A DNA stretch of 54,674 nucleotides, taken from assembly GCA_025360485.1 (NCBI GenBank), contig JANYCB010000083.1, positions 1 to 54,674 of the forward strand. The letters are read 5' to 3'. This document shows positions 19,633-30,013 of the stretch, in pieces; the first letter of the stretch is position 1; each line of letters begins with the position of its first letter. The position numbers were made by a program, and so were the translations under genes. The stretch comes from Methylotenera sp. GTDB lineage: Bacteria; Pseudomonadota; Gammaproteobacteria; Burkholderiales; Methylophilaceae. The notes beneath the pieces are model-generated. The model saw only the letters and a program-made list of their open reading frames with translations. It did no database searches and had not been told where the DNA came from.

Positions 19633-20304
19633 TTAAGTACACCATACTTTTACTTGATGCATTAAATCGATCCAAATCGCCCAGCTGGCGGCAACACTAA
19701 GCAACAAGCCAGCTAAGCGCATACTGGTGCCTTCGTTAATCCGTTGGCTGCCATTTTTAAGTTTAAGCCATAACCAAGGACCAGCCATTAATGAAACACT
19801 GGTGCCAATCGCAAATGTTGCCATACTTAATGCGCCATTTATTGCATTGGCGTTTAACGAAGCCACTAATAAGGCTGAATATAGTAAGCCACAAGGCATG
19901 AGCGCCCATAGCATCCCGGTTGCAACTACGCCGCCAGACATTTTGGACAATTGACGCACATGCCCCCAAATTTGGCGGCCAAAGTTATCCGCCCATGTGG
20001 GTTGACGCGCGTAAATTAACAATACCAGACCCCAGCTCAGCACCAATACATGAAAAAATGTCCAAAGTGGGTGTAATGCGATTGTTTGACTGGAAAACCA
20101 AGCCAGACTTTTAACCGAGCTAGCGGCTATTGCTCCAAGAATGCTATAGCCGATTAGGCGGCCAGTCTGAAATTTCCACAGATCATAAACACCACCACGC
20201 CCTTTTTGTAGGCTAGCGCAAGCAGCACCGCACATCGCGATGCAATGGGGCCCGCCAGCCAAGCCCATAAACAGGGTGGTGAGTACAAGTGGAGATTGCA
20301 TCAT
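19633..20304 (-). CDS. TauE/SafE-like (DsbD_2) membrane protein of cbb3 assembly clusters
   Basis: HCIAMCG and MPCGLLY motifs. Confidence 0.85.
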   Translation of the reverse strand: MMQSPLVLTTLFMGLAGGPHCIAMCGAACASLQKGRGGVYDLWKFQTGRLIGYSILGAIAASSVKSLAWFSSQTIALHPLWTFFHVLVLSWGLVLLIYARQPTWADNFGRQIWGHVRQLSKMSGGVVATGMLWALMPCGLLYSALLVASLNANAINGALSMATFAIGTSVSLMAGPWLWLKLKNGSQRINEGTSMRLAGLLLSVAASWAIWIDLMHQVKVWCT

Positions 20305-20313
20305 AACGCTATG

Positions 20314-21732
20314 TTAGATGATTTTGGAGAAGCGCGCTCGATTCCTATCGGTTTGCAAATAGCGATCAAATAACATGGCAATCGCACGCACAAAAAACCA
20401 GCCGCGATTTGTAACTTGTATGCCGCTATCATCCATTTCTAACAAGCCCGATTTCTCTAGAATAATTAGCGCATCCCAGGTACTTGAAAAATATTCCTTA
20501 AAATCAATCATGTAAGCGATTTCTATCGATTCATATTGGAGCTCACCCTGACACATAATGGCCATAATCACCGCACGGCGCACAAGATCATCATGCGACA
20601 ATGCTAAGCCACGCACTACTGGAAAACGACCTAGATCTAAGTACTCATAATATTCATCTAATGTTTTAGCATTTTGACTATAAGTAGCGCCCACGCGACC
20701 TATGGCTGAAACGCCCAGACTAATCAAATCACAATCGGGCTGTGTGCTGTAGCCCTGAAAATTACGATGCAACCTACCTTGCCGTTTAGCTATTGCCAAG
20801 TCATCTTCTGGTAAGGCAAAATGATCCATACCCACGTAGACATAACCCGCTTTAAGAAATGCAGTTAATGCCTCAGACAACATGCTAATTTTGGCTTGCG
20901 CAGCTGGCAATTCATATTCGCTAATGCGTCGTTGCGGCTTGAAGCGCTCTGGCAAGTGTGCATAGGCATAGAGCGCTATTCTATCGGGCCTAAGCTCAAC
21001 TATTTGTGCTAAAGTTCGTGCAAACGAGTCAGGCGTTTGTTTTGGCAAACCATAAATAAGATCGACATTCACTGAATCAAACTTAAGACGACGCGCAGTT
21101 TTCATCAGCGAGAATACTTGTTCTGCAGGTTGAATACGATGCACCGCTTTTTGTACTTCTTCATCAAAATCTTGTACGCCAAAACTTAAACGATTAAATC
21201 CTAACTCGGCCAAATGCGTCAGACGCTTATCATCCACTGTGCGCGGGTCTACTTCAATTGAATACTCGCCACCTGGTGCTAACACAAAGCTGCGCTTCAG
21301 CATCGCCATGAGTTCGACTAACTCATCATCACTGAAAAAAGTAGGTGAACCGCCGCCTAAATGTAACTGAGAAATTATTTGGCCCTTACCCAAGTGCGCC
21401 ACATGCAGATCGATTTCACGGCTAAGATATTCCAAATATTCAGCACTACGCTCATGATGCTTGGTGACAATTTTGTTGCAAGCGCAGAAAAAGCAAAGCG
21501 ATTCACAAAATGGAATATGCACGTAAATAGATAAGGGATGAACTCTTCCTCCCAACCGTCGCTGATCCAAAGCTATCTTGTAAGCATCGTCTGTGAAGGC
21601 TTCTACAAAACGATCTGCAGTTGGATATGAAGTGTAACGTGGGCCTGAAATATCAAAGCTACGTAGCATCTCGGATGTCACTATCGGCGTAATGCTATCG
21701 ACATCTTTTCTTGTGGTATTTTTGACAGTCAT
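20314..21732 (-). CDS. hemN: Oxygen-independent coproporphyrinogen III oxidase
   Basis: GPRYTSYP, HIPFCESLCFFCAC and RNFQGYST motifs. Confidence 0.97.
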   Translation of the reverse strand: MTVKNTTRKDVDSITPIVTSEMLRSFDISGPRYTSYPTADRFVEAFTDDAYKIALDQRRLGGRVHPLSIYVHIPFCESLCFFCACNKIVTKHHERSAEYLEYLSREIDLHVAHLGKGQIISQLHLGGGSPTFFSDDELVELMAMLKRSFVLAPGGEYSIEVDPRTVDDKRLTHLAELGFNRLSFGVQDFDEEVQKAVHRIQPAEQVFSLMKTARRLKFDSVNVDLIYGLPKQTPDSFARTLAQIVELRPDRIALYAYAHLPERFKPQRRISEYELPAAQAKISMLSEALTAFLKAGYVYVGMDHFALPEDDLAIAKRQGRLHRNFQGYSTQPDCDLISLGVSAIGRVGATYSQNAKTLDEYYEYLDLGRFPVVRGLALSHDDLVRRAVIMAIMCQGELQYESIEIAYMIDFKEYFSSTWDALIILEKSGLLEMDDSGIQVTNRGWFFVRAIAMLFDRYLQTDRNRARFSKII

Positions 21733-21784
21733 CTTATCACTCCTTGGTGTTTTGAGACTTTGCCAGCTTTAGATATAAAATTCT

Positions 21785-21798
21785 TTGATGTAAATCAA
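21785..21798. promoter_or_regulatory. FNR box between hemN and fnr
   Basis: Perfect TTGAT-GTAA-ATCAA. Confidence 0.9.
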
Positions 21799-21868
21799 AC
21801 GACTGCCTACGGGATTAAAGGACAATCTAAAATGTAAATTAATATTAAATATTTTTCGAAAACAACAA

Positions 21869-22675
21869 ATGGTCCAAGTAATTTCTTCCAACGAAGACGG
21901 TAAAACTGTATGCTTAGAATGTAACCATAACTCTTGGCAACCAATGGACCAAAGAACTACACCAGAAACCATCAAAGTAGCTTGCTCAAACTGCAATCTA
22001 CGCGAACTTTGCATGCCGATTGGTTTTAATCCAGAAGATATGCAAAAGCTGGATGAAGTAGTTGCCACGCGCCGCAGAGTCAAACAAGGTGAACGATTAT
22101 TCAGCAATGGCGACCCATTCACATCGCTGTATGCTATTCGAACAGGCTTCTTCAAAACATGTATTTCTAGCGAAGATGGTCGTGAACAAGTCACTGGTTT
22201 CCAAATGGCTGGTGAGATCATCGGGCTGGATGGCATTGTAAGCGACCATCATAGCTGCAATGCGGTTGCACTTGAAGATGCTGATGTTTGCGTGATGCCT
22301 TTTGCTAATGTTGAAGAACTCTCTCGCGAATTTCCTGTTTTACAGCGCCATGTGCATAAAATTATGAGCCGTGAAATTGTACGTGAAAATAGCATCATGA
22401 TGCTCTTAGGCAATATGCGCGCGGAAGAACGGATTGCCGCATTCCTATTAAACCTGGTGCAGCGCTTGCATGCACGCGGGTTTTCGCAATCAGAATTCAT
22501 ACTTAGGATGACGCGCGAGGAAATTGGTAGCTATCTCGGAATGAAACTGGAAACGGTGAGCCGCACTTTTTCAAAATTTAGTGATGATGGCATTATTGAA
22601 GTTAAACAGCGTTATGTGAGAATTATTGAACCAGACGTATTGAAAAAAATCTTCAATTCGCAAACTTGTAGCTAG
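21869..22675 (+). CDS. fnr: FNR/ANR oxygen-sensing transcription factor
   Basis: CSNCNLRELC cluster, internal Cys (DVCVMP), HTH with ETVSR. Start is 21869 or 21944. Confidence 0.93.
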   Translation: MVQVISSNEDGKTVCLECNHNSWQPMDQRTTPETIKVACSNCNLRELCMPIGFNPEDMQKLDEVVATRRRVKQGERLFSNGDPFTSLYAIRTGFFKTCISSEDGREQVTGFQMAGEIIGLDGIVSDHHSCNAVALEDADVCVMPFANVEELSREFPVLQRHVHKIMSREIVRENSIMMLLGNMRAEERIAAFLLNLVQRLHARGFSQSEFILRMTREEIGSYLGMKLETVSRTFSKFSDDGIIEVKQRYVRIIEPDVLKKIFNSQTCS

Positions 22676-22745
22676 CATTTACTTTTAGCGTGCTGTACTT
22701 AGCCACTCACAATAGCTATAAGTAATACTGATTAAAAATCTTTGT

Positions 22746-23594
22746 ATGGTTTTACAAAATTTCCTCACCATTTCAGATCATAACCGCGATGTAAGCGGCA
22801 TGAAATACATTTACCCGGTTGTTTCGCGCCGCGCCCGTGGTGTTTCAATTGGCATTAACCTTAATACCAACAATGCCTGCAACTGGCGCTGTATTTACTG
22901 CCAAGTGCCCAATCTTACTCGCGGCACCCCACCGCCTATTGAATTAAAAATTTTAGAGCATGAACTTCGGACTTTTTTAAACGATGCTTTGCATGGTGAC
23001 TTTATGCTGCGTTATGTATCGGAACAAGATAGACACCTGAAAGACATAGCCTTCTCTGGCAACGGCGAACCAACGAGCGCCAAGGAATTCCCTGAAGTGC
23101 TATTGCTAGTCGAAAAAGTGCTACGGGAGTTTAATTTGCTTAGCACGCTCAAAATTCGACTGATTACCAATGGCAGTTTGATGGGTAAACCAGCAATCAT
23201 CAATAGTGTCAGCCACTTAGCCAAATGTAATGGCGAAGTTTGGTTTAAGCTGGATGCAGGAACCAAAAAAGGAATCGCACGAATCAACGATGTGAGTCTC
23301 AATCCGCAAAGCCACCTAATGCGCCTTAAACTTTGCGCAAAAGCTTGCCCGACCTTTATACAGACTTGCATGTTTGCACTGGATGATGAACCACCACAAG
23401 AAACTGAGATAACCGCTTATCTTGAGCTGATTAGTCAGGTTAAAGATGTTGTTCAAGGCGTACATTTGTACGGGTTAGCCCGACCGTCTTATCAGGCTGA
23501 AGCAAAAAGACTTAGCCGCTTATCACCTGAGTGGCTTGATGACGTGGCGAACCGTATACGTCAGCTTGGCATTGCAGTGCAGGTAAGTCCTTAG
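22746..23594 (+). CDS. Radical SAM protein of unknown function (COG0731/TYW1-like)
   Basis: YPVVSRRARGVSIGINL, CNWRCIYC, FSGNGEPT and ITNGS motifs. Confidence 0.85.
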   Translation: MVLQNFLTISDHNRDVSGMKYIYPVVSRRARGVSIGINLNTNNACNWRCIYCQVPNLTRGTPPPIELKILEHELRTFLNDALHGDFMLRYVSEQDRHLKDIAFSGNGEPTSAKEFPEVLLLVEKVLREFNLLSTLKIRLITNGSLMGKPAIINSVSHLAKCNGEVWFKLDAGTKKGIARINDVSLNPQSHLMRLKLCAKACPTFIQTCMFALDDEPPQETEITAYLELISQVKDVVQGVHLYGLARPSYQAEAKRLSRLSPEWLDDVANRIRQLGIAVQVSP

Positions 23595-24769
23595 TGCGCT
23601 TGGGCTAGAAAGCTAGCTACAGCGCGCTTGAACGGCCTTATGCGGTTACCGATCCGCAGCGCGCCAGAACGAAGTAGTCGAGCGGGTGTGCTATTACTTG
23701 CATAAATTTTAGCGATAGCATGTGTGGCCAAAAATAAGGGGCGCGTATCACGACGATGCGCTTGCTCATAGCGTAAAAGAAGGCTATTCGATGCGATGTC
23801 TTTGCCAGATGTAACTGCCGCTTTGATTTCAAGAGATAATGTTTCGATGCCCTTTAAGCCAAAATTAAAGCCATGTGCTGTTACTGGGTGCATCCCTACG
23901 GCAGCATCACCCACCAACGCAAATCGCTGCTCTACTAAGCGCTTTGCGTATACCGTCACTAATGGATAAGCGTGACGTGTAGACAAAAGGCGCATTGCAC
24001 CCAGTCTATGTTTGAATCGTGCTGAAACCTCACGATTAAAATCATCCTCAGGCAACTTCATAAGTCTATTCATCTCTTCAGGCGCCAGTGTAATGACTAC
24101 AGATGAGCACAAGCCATTCATCGGCAAAAGTGCCAAGGTCTGCCCATAGTCAAACCATTCCCACGCAGTATGGTCGTGCGCAACATCGTGTTCCATCACA
24201 CAAACCATCATTGTTTTACCAAAATCATGCATCTCCGCTGCAATCCCCATTGCTCGGCGTGTTTCTGAAAATCGACTATCCGCACCAATCAGTAATTTTG
24301 TTTGAATTACTTCACCATTAGCAAGCGTGAGCTGCACGCCATTTGTTTCTGCTTGAATGCTTGTTACTTGCGCTTCCGTTTTAAGTGTAATCGCTGGTGA
24401 CGATTTTACCGAGTCGTAAGCTGCTTTTCGAATGTGATGATTGGCTATTAAATAGCCCAGCTCACTTTTTTGCGCATCCTCATGATTAATATTTAACGAG
24501 AATAGGGATGTTCCATTGAAAACACGGGCATCCTTCAAGGGGGAAATTGCTTGTGGATCTATGCGTTCCCACAAACCCAACTCGTGCATGAGTGCCGCCG
24601 AATGGTGAGTTAGAGCAATCTCACGACCATCAAATGCTGGCACAGACAAGGCCATTTCATCCTGTCGCTCGAGCACAATAATCTGTAAGCCTGTGTCGGC
24701 AAGTGTCTTAGCAAAACACAAGCCAGCTGGCCCAGCTCCAACAATTGCTACATCTACACTTGTTGGCAT
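23591..24769 (-). CDS. ubiM: FAD-dependent ubiquinone biosynthesis hydroxylase UbiM
   Basis: GAGPAG, FDGREIAL, GADSRFS and GDAAVGMHPVTAHGFNFG motifs. Confidence 0.85.
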   Translation of the reverse strand: MPTSVDVAIVGAGPAGLCFAKTLADTGLQIIVLERQDEMALSVPAFDGREIALTHHSAALMHELGLWERIDPQAISPLKDARVFNGTSLFSLNINHEDAQKSELGYLIANHHIRKAAYDSVKSSPAITLKTEAQVTSIQAETNGVQLTLANGEVIQTKLLIGADSRFSETRRAMGIAAEMHDFGKTMMVCVMEHDVAHDHTAWEWFDYGQTLALLPMNGLCSSVVITLAPEEMNRLMKLPEDDFNREVSARFKHRLGAMRLLSTRHAYPLVTVYAKRLVEQRFALVGDAAVGMHPVTAHGFNFGLKGIETLSLEIKAAVTSGKDIASNSLLLRYEQAHRRDTRPLFLATHAIAKIYASNSTPARLLRSGALRIGNRIRPFKRAVASFLAQAH

Positions 24770-24780
24770 GGATTATGGGT

Positions 24781-25041
24781 TTACAGCTTGCCTTGCATTG
24801 GTTTGATACCAGTTACGGCATGATTGCGTGCTTGCATTGCCGGAGCCATACTATCACGCTGCGCATCTAGCGTTTTATTAATCTTAATGCCTTTGCGATA
24901 GTAATCATCTACTACAGGATCAGGCCTGCTGATGGCAAGATAAAGTGTGATGAAAGAAGCGGTAACAACCACTAACGGGCCAGAGACAACTAGCCAAACA
25001 TAGCCGTATTTCCACCAAGCTTTAGTATCTTCAGTTTTCAT
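24781..25041 (-). CDS. ccoH: FixH/CcoH family protein
   Basis: WWKYGYVWLVVSGP..VV and DDYYRKG motifs; follows ccoG. Confidence 0.85.
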   Translation of the reverse strand: MKTEDTKAWWKYGYVWLVVSGPLVVVTASFITLYLAISRPDPVVDDYYRKGIKINKTLDAQRDSMAPAMQARNHAVTGIKPMQGKL

Positions 25042-25098
25042 AGTGCAATCCTTAATTTAATTATAGCTATCAATTCCTTGGTTTTTTTATCGAGGCAC

Positions 25099-26568
25099 CT
25101 ACCGAGGCACAAGGAATATCGATTTTTCTTTAACTGTTTCTTTACTTTCAAGCGATTGAATCTGAAACTCAATTTTATGAGACCCAGACTCAACGGAGCC
25201 ATCTGGAACTTTTAAATCTACGTTCAGCCAACGCGATTCAGCAGGTTTAACAGCGATAGTTCTAATATGCTCTTCATCTTTTGTATCTTCACCTTCTTTT
25301 GCGTTTTCTGCTTCAATTTCCAGATTTTTAAGTCCGCTCACGTTAAGTCGATAATGTTGCGTATTTTCCGTTGCATTCATAATTTGCAAGCGATATACAT
25401 TCTCCAACATGCCATCATCAGTCACTCGCGCCATCACACCGCGATCGCGCACCACATCCACCCGGAATGAGGTTCTAAACCACAAGCTCACTAACAGCCC
25501 AATAATTATTAGCCAGAGAATAGCTGTGTAAATCAGCACGCGCGGTCGCATAATGCGCTGCAACATTTGCTTGTGTGTCCAAAGGTTAGTAATAGCATTT
25601 TGTGTGGAATATTTAATTAACCCTCGCGGATAATCCATCTTATCCATAACGGTGTCACACACATCTGCACAGGCACCGCAACCAATACACTCATATTGTA
25701 AACCTTTGCGAATATCAATACCTGTTGGACAAACCTGCACACACAAACTGCAATCAATGCACGATCCTAAATTCGAGCTAGCTTTACCAGTCTTGCGTGA
25801 TCGCCTTCCGCGCGGCTCTCCTCGCGCTTCGTCATAGGTAACGATTAAGGTATCGTCGTCAAACATCGCACTTTGAAAACGCGCATAAGGACACATATAT
25901 TTGCAGACTTGCTCGCGCATAAACCCAGCATTGCCGTAAGTTGCAAACCCATAAAAGCACACCCAAAATGTGTCCCATGGGCCTACTTGGAGATGAGTAA
26001 AGTCGCTCATCAACTCTCTAATTGGAGTGAAATAACCCACAAAGGTAAATCCAGTCCACATTGCAAAAGCAATCCAGATAAAGTGTTTGCCAGCCTTCTT
26101 AAACAACTTATTCGCTGTTATCGAAGATTCATCAAGTTTTATGCGGTTAGCGCGGTCACCCTCAATTTTCCGCTCTATCCACAGAAAAATTTCTGTGTAG
26201 ACCGTTTGAGGACATGTATAGCCGCACCACAGACGACCTGCGACAGCGGTAAAAAGAAACAGCGATAAAGCAGAAATAATAAGAATAGCCGTCAAGTAAA
26301 TTAAATCTTGCGGGTACAACACCAATTTGAAGATATAAAAGCGCTTGGTGTCTAGGTCAAATAACAAGGCTTGACGATGACCCCATTCCAACCATGGTAC
26401 CCCATAAAAAAACAGCTGAGTCAGCCAAATCATGACCCAGCGCCATTTCGTAAAGTAACCAAATATACTACGCGGATAAATCTTTTCCTGCGCCTCGTAT
26501 AAAGAAATAACGACCTCTTTTAAAGGGGTCGTTTTTCCAGTTATTTCAGAACTAGTTACTTTGTTCAT
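25099..26568 (-). CDS. ccoG: cbb3 oxidase accessory protein CcoG
   Basis: GRLWCGYTCPQT, CKYMCPYARFQ and two 4Fe-4S motifs. Confidence 0.95.
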   Translation of the reverse strand: MNKVTSSEITGKTTPLKEVVISLYEAQEKIYPRSIFGYFTKWRWVMIWLTQLFFYGVPWLEWGHRQALLFDLDTKRFYIFKLVLYPQDLIYLTAILIISALSLFLFTAVAGRLWCGYTCPQTVYTEIFLWIERKIEGDRANRIKLDESSITANKLFKKAGKHFIWIAFAMWTGFTFVGYFTPIRELMSDFTHLQVGPWDTFWVCFYGFATYGNAGFMREQVCKYMCPYARFQSAMFDDDTLIVTYDEARGEPRGRRSRKTGKASSNLGSCIDCSLCVQVCPTGIDIRKGLQYECIGCGACADVCDTVMDKMDYPRGLIKYSTQNAITNLWTHKQMLQRIMRPRVLIYTAILWLIIIGLLVSLWFRTSFRVDVVRDRGVMARVTDDGMLENVYRLQIMNATENTQHYRLNVSGLKNLEIEAENAKEGEDTKDEEHIRTIAVKPAESRWLNVDLKVPDGSVESGSHKIEFQIQSLESKETVKEKSIFLVPR

Positions 26569-26586
26569 CAGTTAAATTTCAAGAGC

Positions 26587-27498
26587 TTACTTGCCAGATT
26601 CATTAGATAAGCCCCAAACATACGCTGTCAACACATGTATTTGAGCAGGCGTAAATTTGTCTTTCCAAGTTGGCATCTGATTAACTTTCCCTTCATTAAT
26701 ACGTTTAATAATGGCAGCTTCACCAGCGCCATGCAACCAAATGTTATCCGTTAGGTTTGGGGCTCCAATCTCCTGATTGCCTTTACCTTCTGGTCCGTGA
26801 CACGCGGCACAAGCGGCAAACTTAGCTTTTCCCAGTCCTGCACGCCCAGAGTCATGCATGCTACCAGAAAGACTCAATACATAGTTCGCTACATTTTTCA
26901 CATCGTCGGCACTTCCCACCATGGCGGCCATAGGCGGCATCATACCTATGCGACCATTGGTGATAGTTTCGTTGATTTGTTCTGGGCTACCACCATGTAT
27001 CCAGTCATGGTCGGTTAAATTCGGGAAACCTTTACTACCACGCGCATCAGACCCATGACATTGTGAACAGTTGTTCATGAATAATCGCTCACCAATGGCT
27101 TTTGCATCAGGATTTTTGGCAAGATCCTCTACTTTCATTGCAGTGAATTTAGCGTACATTGGTTCTAATGCTTTATTCGCAGTTGCCACTTCTTTTTCAT
27201 ACTGATTAACTTCTGTCCAACCTAACTTACCCTTATAACTTCCTAAACCAGGGTAAGCCACCAAATAGAAAAGGGAGAAGACGATGGTAATAACGAACAA
27301 CCATACCCACCAGCGCGGTAATGGATTATTCATTTCACGTAAATTACCATCCCATACATGACCACTGGTGTTATCACCGCTAGTACTCACCACTTTGACT
27401 TTGGCCGTTATCCACAACAATAACGCACAGCCAAAAATACCTAGCAATGTAATTGCTGAAATAAATAATGGCCAAAAATTACTCGTAAAATCACTCAT
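26587..27498 (-). CDS. ccoP: cbb3-type cytochrome c oxidase subunit III
   Basis: GHVWD..E.NNPLPRWW and two CxxCH motifs. Confidence 0.95.
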   Translation of the reverse strand: MSDFTSNFWPLFISAITLLGIFGCALLLWITAKVKVVSTSGDNTSGHVWDGNLREMNNPLPRWWVWLFVITIVFSLFYLVAYPGLGSYKGKLGWTEVNQYEKEVATANKALEPMYAKFTAMKVEDLAKNPDAKAIGERLFMNNCSQCHGSDARGSKGFPNLTDHDWIHGGSPEQINETITNGRIGMMPPMAAMVGSADDVKNVANYVLSLSGSMHDSGRAGLGKAKFAACAACHGPEGKGNQEIGAPNLTDNIWLHGAGEAAIIKRINEGKVNQMPTWKDKFTPAQIHVLTAYVWGLSNESGK

Positions 27499-27554
27499 TT
27501 TATTTTCCTCTAAACTTCATATTGTGAAGCCTGCTAAATTTTTTCTTCTTTGAT

Positions 27555-27692
27555 TCAATCTTCTTCAAAAGGCAAATTGGCTGCTTCTTTAAAATCAGCG
27601 GTATTCCGATTCCGCCAGACCCAAATCATGATGCCTATAAACACGACAAAACTAGCAACAGTAACCAAAATGCGAAGTAAATTAATATCCAT
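27555..27692 (-). CDS. ccoQ: cbb3-type cytochrome c oxidase subunit CcoQ
   Basis: Manual translation MDINLLRILVTVASFVVFIGIMIWVWRNRNTADFKEAANLPFEED; AGGAGG RBS. Not in the ORF track. Confidence 0.92.
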   Translation of the reverse strand: MDINLLRILVTVASFVVFIGIMIWVWRNRNTADFKEAANLPFEED

Positions 27693-27708
27693 GTTTACAC
27701 CCTCCTTA

Positions 27709-28335
27709 TTACTTCAGATGAATGCCTAAAACTTGTAAGTAAGCAATAAGTGCTTCCATCTCTGTTTTACCTTTTACTTCTGCTGTTGCACTCGCGATCT
27801 GGGCATCGGTATAAGGCACACCCACTCTACGTAGCGCACGCATGTGAGAAGGCATGGCCTCAGCATCGACCAGGTCTTTATCTAACCAAGGGTAGGCAGG
27901 CATGATGGATTCAGGCACAAGATCACGTGGATTAACTAAGTGAATACGATGCCAATCATCGCTATATTTTCCGCCAACGCGTTGCAAGTCTGGGCCTGTA
28001 CGTTTACTGCCCCATTGGAACGGATGATCGTAAACAAACTCTCCCGCTACAGAATAATGCCCATAGCGCAAAGCTTCAGCACGAAACGGGCGAATCATTT
28101 GCGAATGACAGTTGTAACAACCCTCACGCGTATAAATGTCTCGTCCAGCCAATTGCAACGCAGTGTATGGTTGCAACCCTCTAATCGGCTCTGTGGTTGA
28201 TTTTTGAAAAAATAGTGGCACAATTTCCACTATGCCGCCGAATGCTATCACTAACAAAATCAGGACAATCATCAACAAGTTATTCGTCTCAATTTTTTCG
28301 TGGCTAAAGCCGCTTTTTATATCATTATTTGACAT
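27709..28335 (-). CDS. ccoO: cbb3-type cytochrome c oxidase subunit II
   Basis: [13 protein letters not shown] and [10 protein letters not shown] motifs. Confidence 0.96.
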   Translation of the reverse strand: MSNNDIKSGFSHEKIETNNLLMIVLILLVIAFGGIVEIVPLFFQKSTTEPIRGLQPYTALQLAGRDIYTREGCYNCHSQMIRPFRAEALRYGHYSVAGEFVYDHPFQWGSKRTGPDLQRVGGKYSDDWHRIHLVNPRDLVPESIMPAYPWLDKDLVDAEAMPSHMRALRRVGVPYTDAQIASATAEVKGKTEMEALIAYLQVLGIHLK

Positions 28336-28346
28336 GATCATTTTCC

Positions 28347-29783
28347 TTAAGCATGAGCCGCAACAGTTGGAATGGTGGTAAACGCAGACTTACCATTACT
28401 TGCAGTTTTAAGCACATTCCACAACATAATGAGCATGCCACTTAAATACAGCGTGCCTCCTAGCAAACGTATAATGTAGTAAGGATGTTTTGCTTTTACG
28501 CTTTCTACAAAAGTGTAAGTAAGTGTGCCGTCAGCATTAATTGCACGCCACATTAAACCCTCCATCACGCCTGAAATCCAAAGTGAAGATATATAGAGCA
28601 CGATACCAATTGTTGCTAACCAAAAATGCAATTCAATCGCTTTCATACTATGCATTTGTTTTTGTCCAAATAGTTTTGGCACCATAAAATAAATTGAACC
28701 CATGGAAACCAAGCCCACCCAGCCTAATGCGCCAGAATGCACGTGACCAATCGTCCAATCGGTGTAGTGTGAAAGTGAGTTGACTGTTTTAATCGCCATC
28801 ATTGGACCTTCAAAAGTACTCATACCGTAGAAAGACAATGAAACAATCATAAAGCGCAGAATAGGATCGGTACGTAATTTATGCCATGCACCAGACATCG
28901 TCATCATGCCGTTAATCATGCCACCCCAGCTTGGTGCCAACAAGATAAGTGAAAATATCATGCCTAGAGATTGTGTCCAATCTGGTAATGCGGTGTAGTG
29001 CAAATGGTGAGGACCTGCCCACATATAGGTAAAGATTAACGCCCAAAAATGCACAATGGACAAACTATAAGAATACACAGGACGCTCAGCTTGCTTAGGT
29101 ACAAAGTAGTACATAATCCCCAAGAAACCAGCGGTCAAAAAGAAACCTACCGCATTATGACCGTACCACCACTGTACCATCGCATCTTGTACGCCCGCAT
29201 AAGCAGAGTAAGATTTCATAAAACTGGCAGGACTAGCTGCACTATTCACGATATGCAGTAAAGCGACGGCAAGAATAAAAGCCCCAAAAAACCAGTTGGC
29301 AACATAGATGTGCTTTACTTTGCGCCTACCTATCGTTCCAAAAAACACGATGGCATAGGCTACCCATACTACTGCAATTAGAATATCAATCGGCCATTCA
29401 AGCTCCGCATATTCCTTGCCTTGCGTATAACCTAAAGGCAGAGAAACAGCCGCTGCAAGAATCACCAGCTGCCAACCCCAAAAAGTAAATGCAGCCAGCT
29501 TGCCGCCAAACAACCTCACTTGGCAGGTGCGTTGCACCACGTAATAAGATGTGGCAAACAAGGTACAACCACCAAACGCAAATATCACCGCATTGGTGTG
29601 AAGTGGTCGCAAACGACCAAAACTTGTCCAAGGTAACCCAAGATTGAGTTCTGGCCAGACAAGCTGTGCGGCAATAATTACACCTACTAACATGCCCACC
29701 ACGCCCCAAACTACTGCCATGATGGAAAACTGCCGCACAACAGTATCGTTATAGGTGCTTGATTGTGTATTTAAAGATTGCAT
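28347..29783 (-). CDS. ccoN: cbb3-type cytochrome c oxidase subunit I
   Basis: [24 protein letters not shown] and HVHSGALGW motifs. Confidence 0.97.
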   Translation of the reverse strand: MQSLNTQSSTYNDTVVRQFSIMAVVWGVVGMLVGVIIAAQLVWPELNLGLPWTSFGRLRPLHTNAVIFAFGGCTLFATSYYVVQRTCQVRLFGGKLAAFTFWGWQLVILAAAVSLPLGYTQGKEYAELEWPIDILIAVVWVAYAIVFFGTIGRRKVKHIYVANWFFGAFILAVALLHIVNSAASPASFMKSYSAYAGVQDAMVQWWYGHNAVGFFLTAGFLGIMYYFVPKQAERPVYSYSLSIVHFWALIFTYMWAGPHHLHYTALPDWTQSLGMIFSLILLAPSWGGMINGMMTMSGAWHKLRTDPILRFMIVSLSFYGMSTFEGPMMAIKTVNSLSHYTDWTIGHVHSGALGWVGLVSMGSIYFMVPKLFGQKQMHSMKAIELHFWLATIGIVLYISSLWISGVMEGLMWRAINADGTLTYTFVESVKAKHPYYIIRLLGGTLYLSGMLIMLWNVLKTASNGKSAFTTIPTVAAHA

Positions 29784-29865
29784 TTAATTCTCCCATTTTT
29801 TGCGATTTCCACTTCTTTAGTGAGTTTCACACGTGACATTCTGCCGCACTGCACCCAATACCCAT

Positions 29866-29879
29866 TTGATACAAATCAA
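29866..29879. promoter_or_regulatory. FNR box (ccoN), overlapping the ccoS stop codon
   Basis: Perfect TTGAT-ACAA-ATCAA; minus-strand CAGAAT -10-like element at 29838-29843. Confidence 0.9.
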
Positions 29880-30013
29880 TCTTCGTGCAGAATTCGCTCA
29901 CCTTCTGCTTCAATATCTTCAAACTGACCAGAATTAATTGCCCACCATAACCCCCCGAGGATTAATAACACTAGAATGACTGACAAAGGGACCAGCAGAA
30001 AAAGAATATCCAT
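29876..30013 (-). CDS. ccoS: cbb3 oxidase maturation protein CcoS
   Basis: Manual translation MDILFLLVPLSVILVLLILGGLWWAINSGQFEDIEAEGERILHED; TAATG overlap with the ccoI stop. Confidence 0.93.
   Translation of the reverse strand: MDILFLLVPLSVILVLLILGGLWWAINSGQFEDIEAEGERILHED

Noticed and set aside
21769-22236. 155-aa ORF antisense to fnr
   Set aside because: Codon-mirror shadow with no recognisable features.
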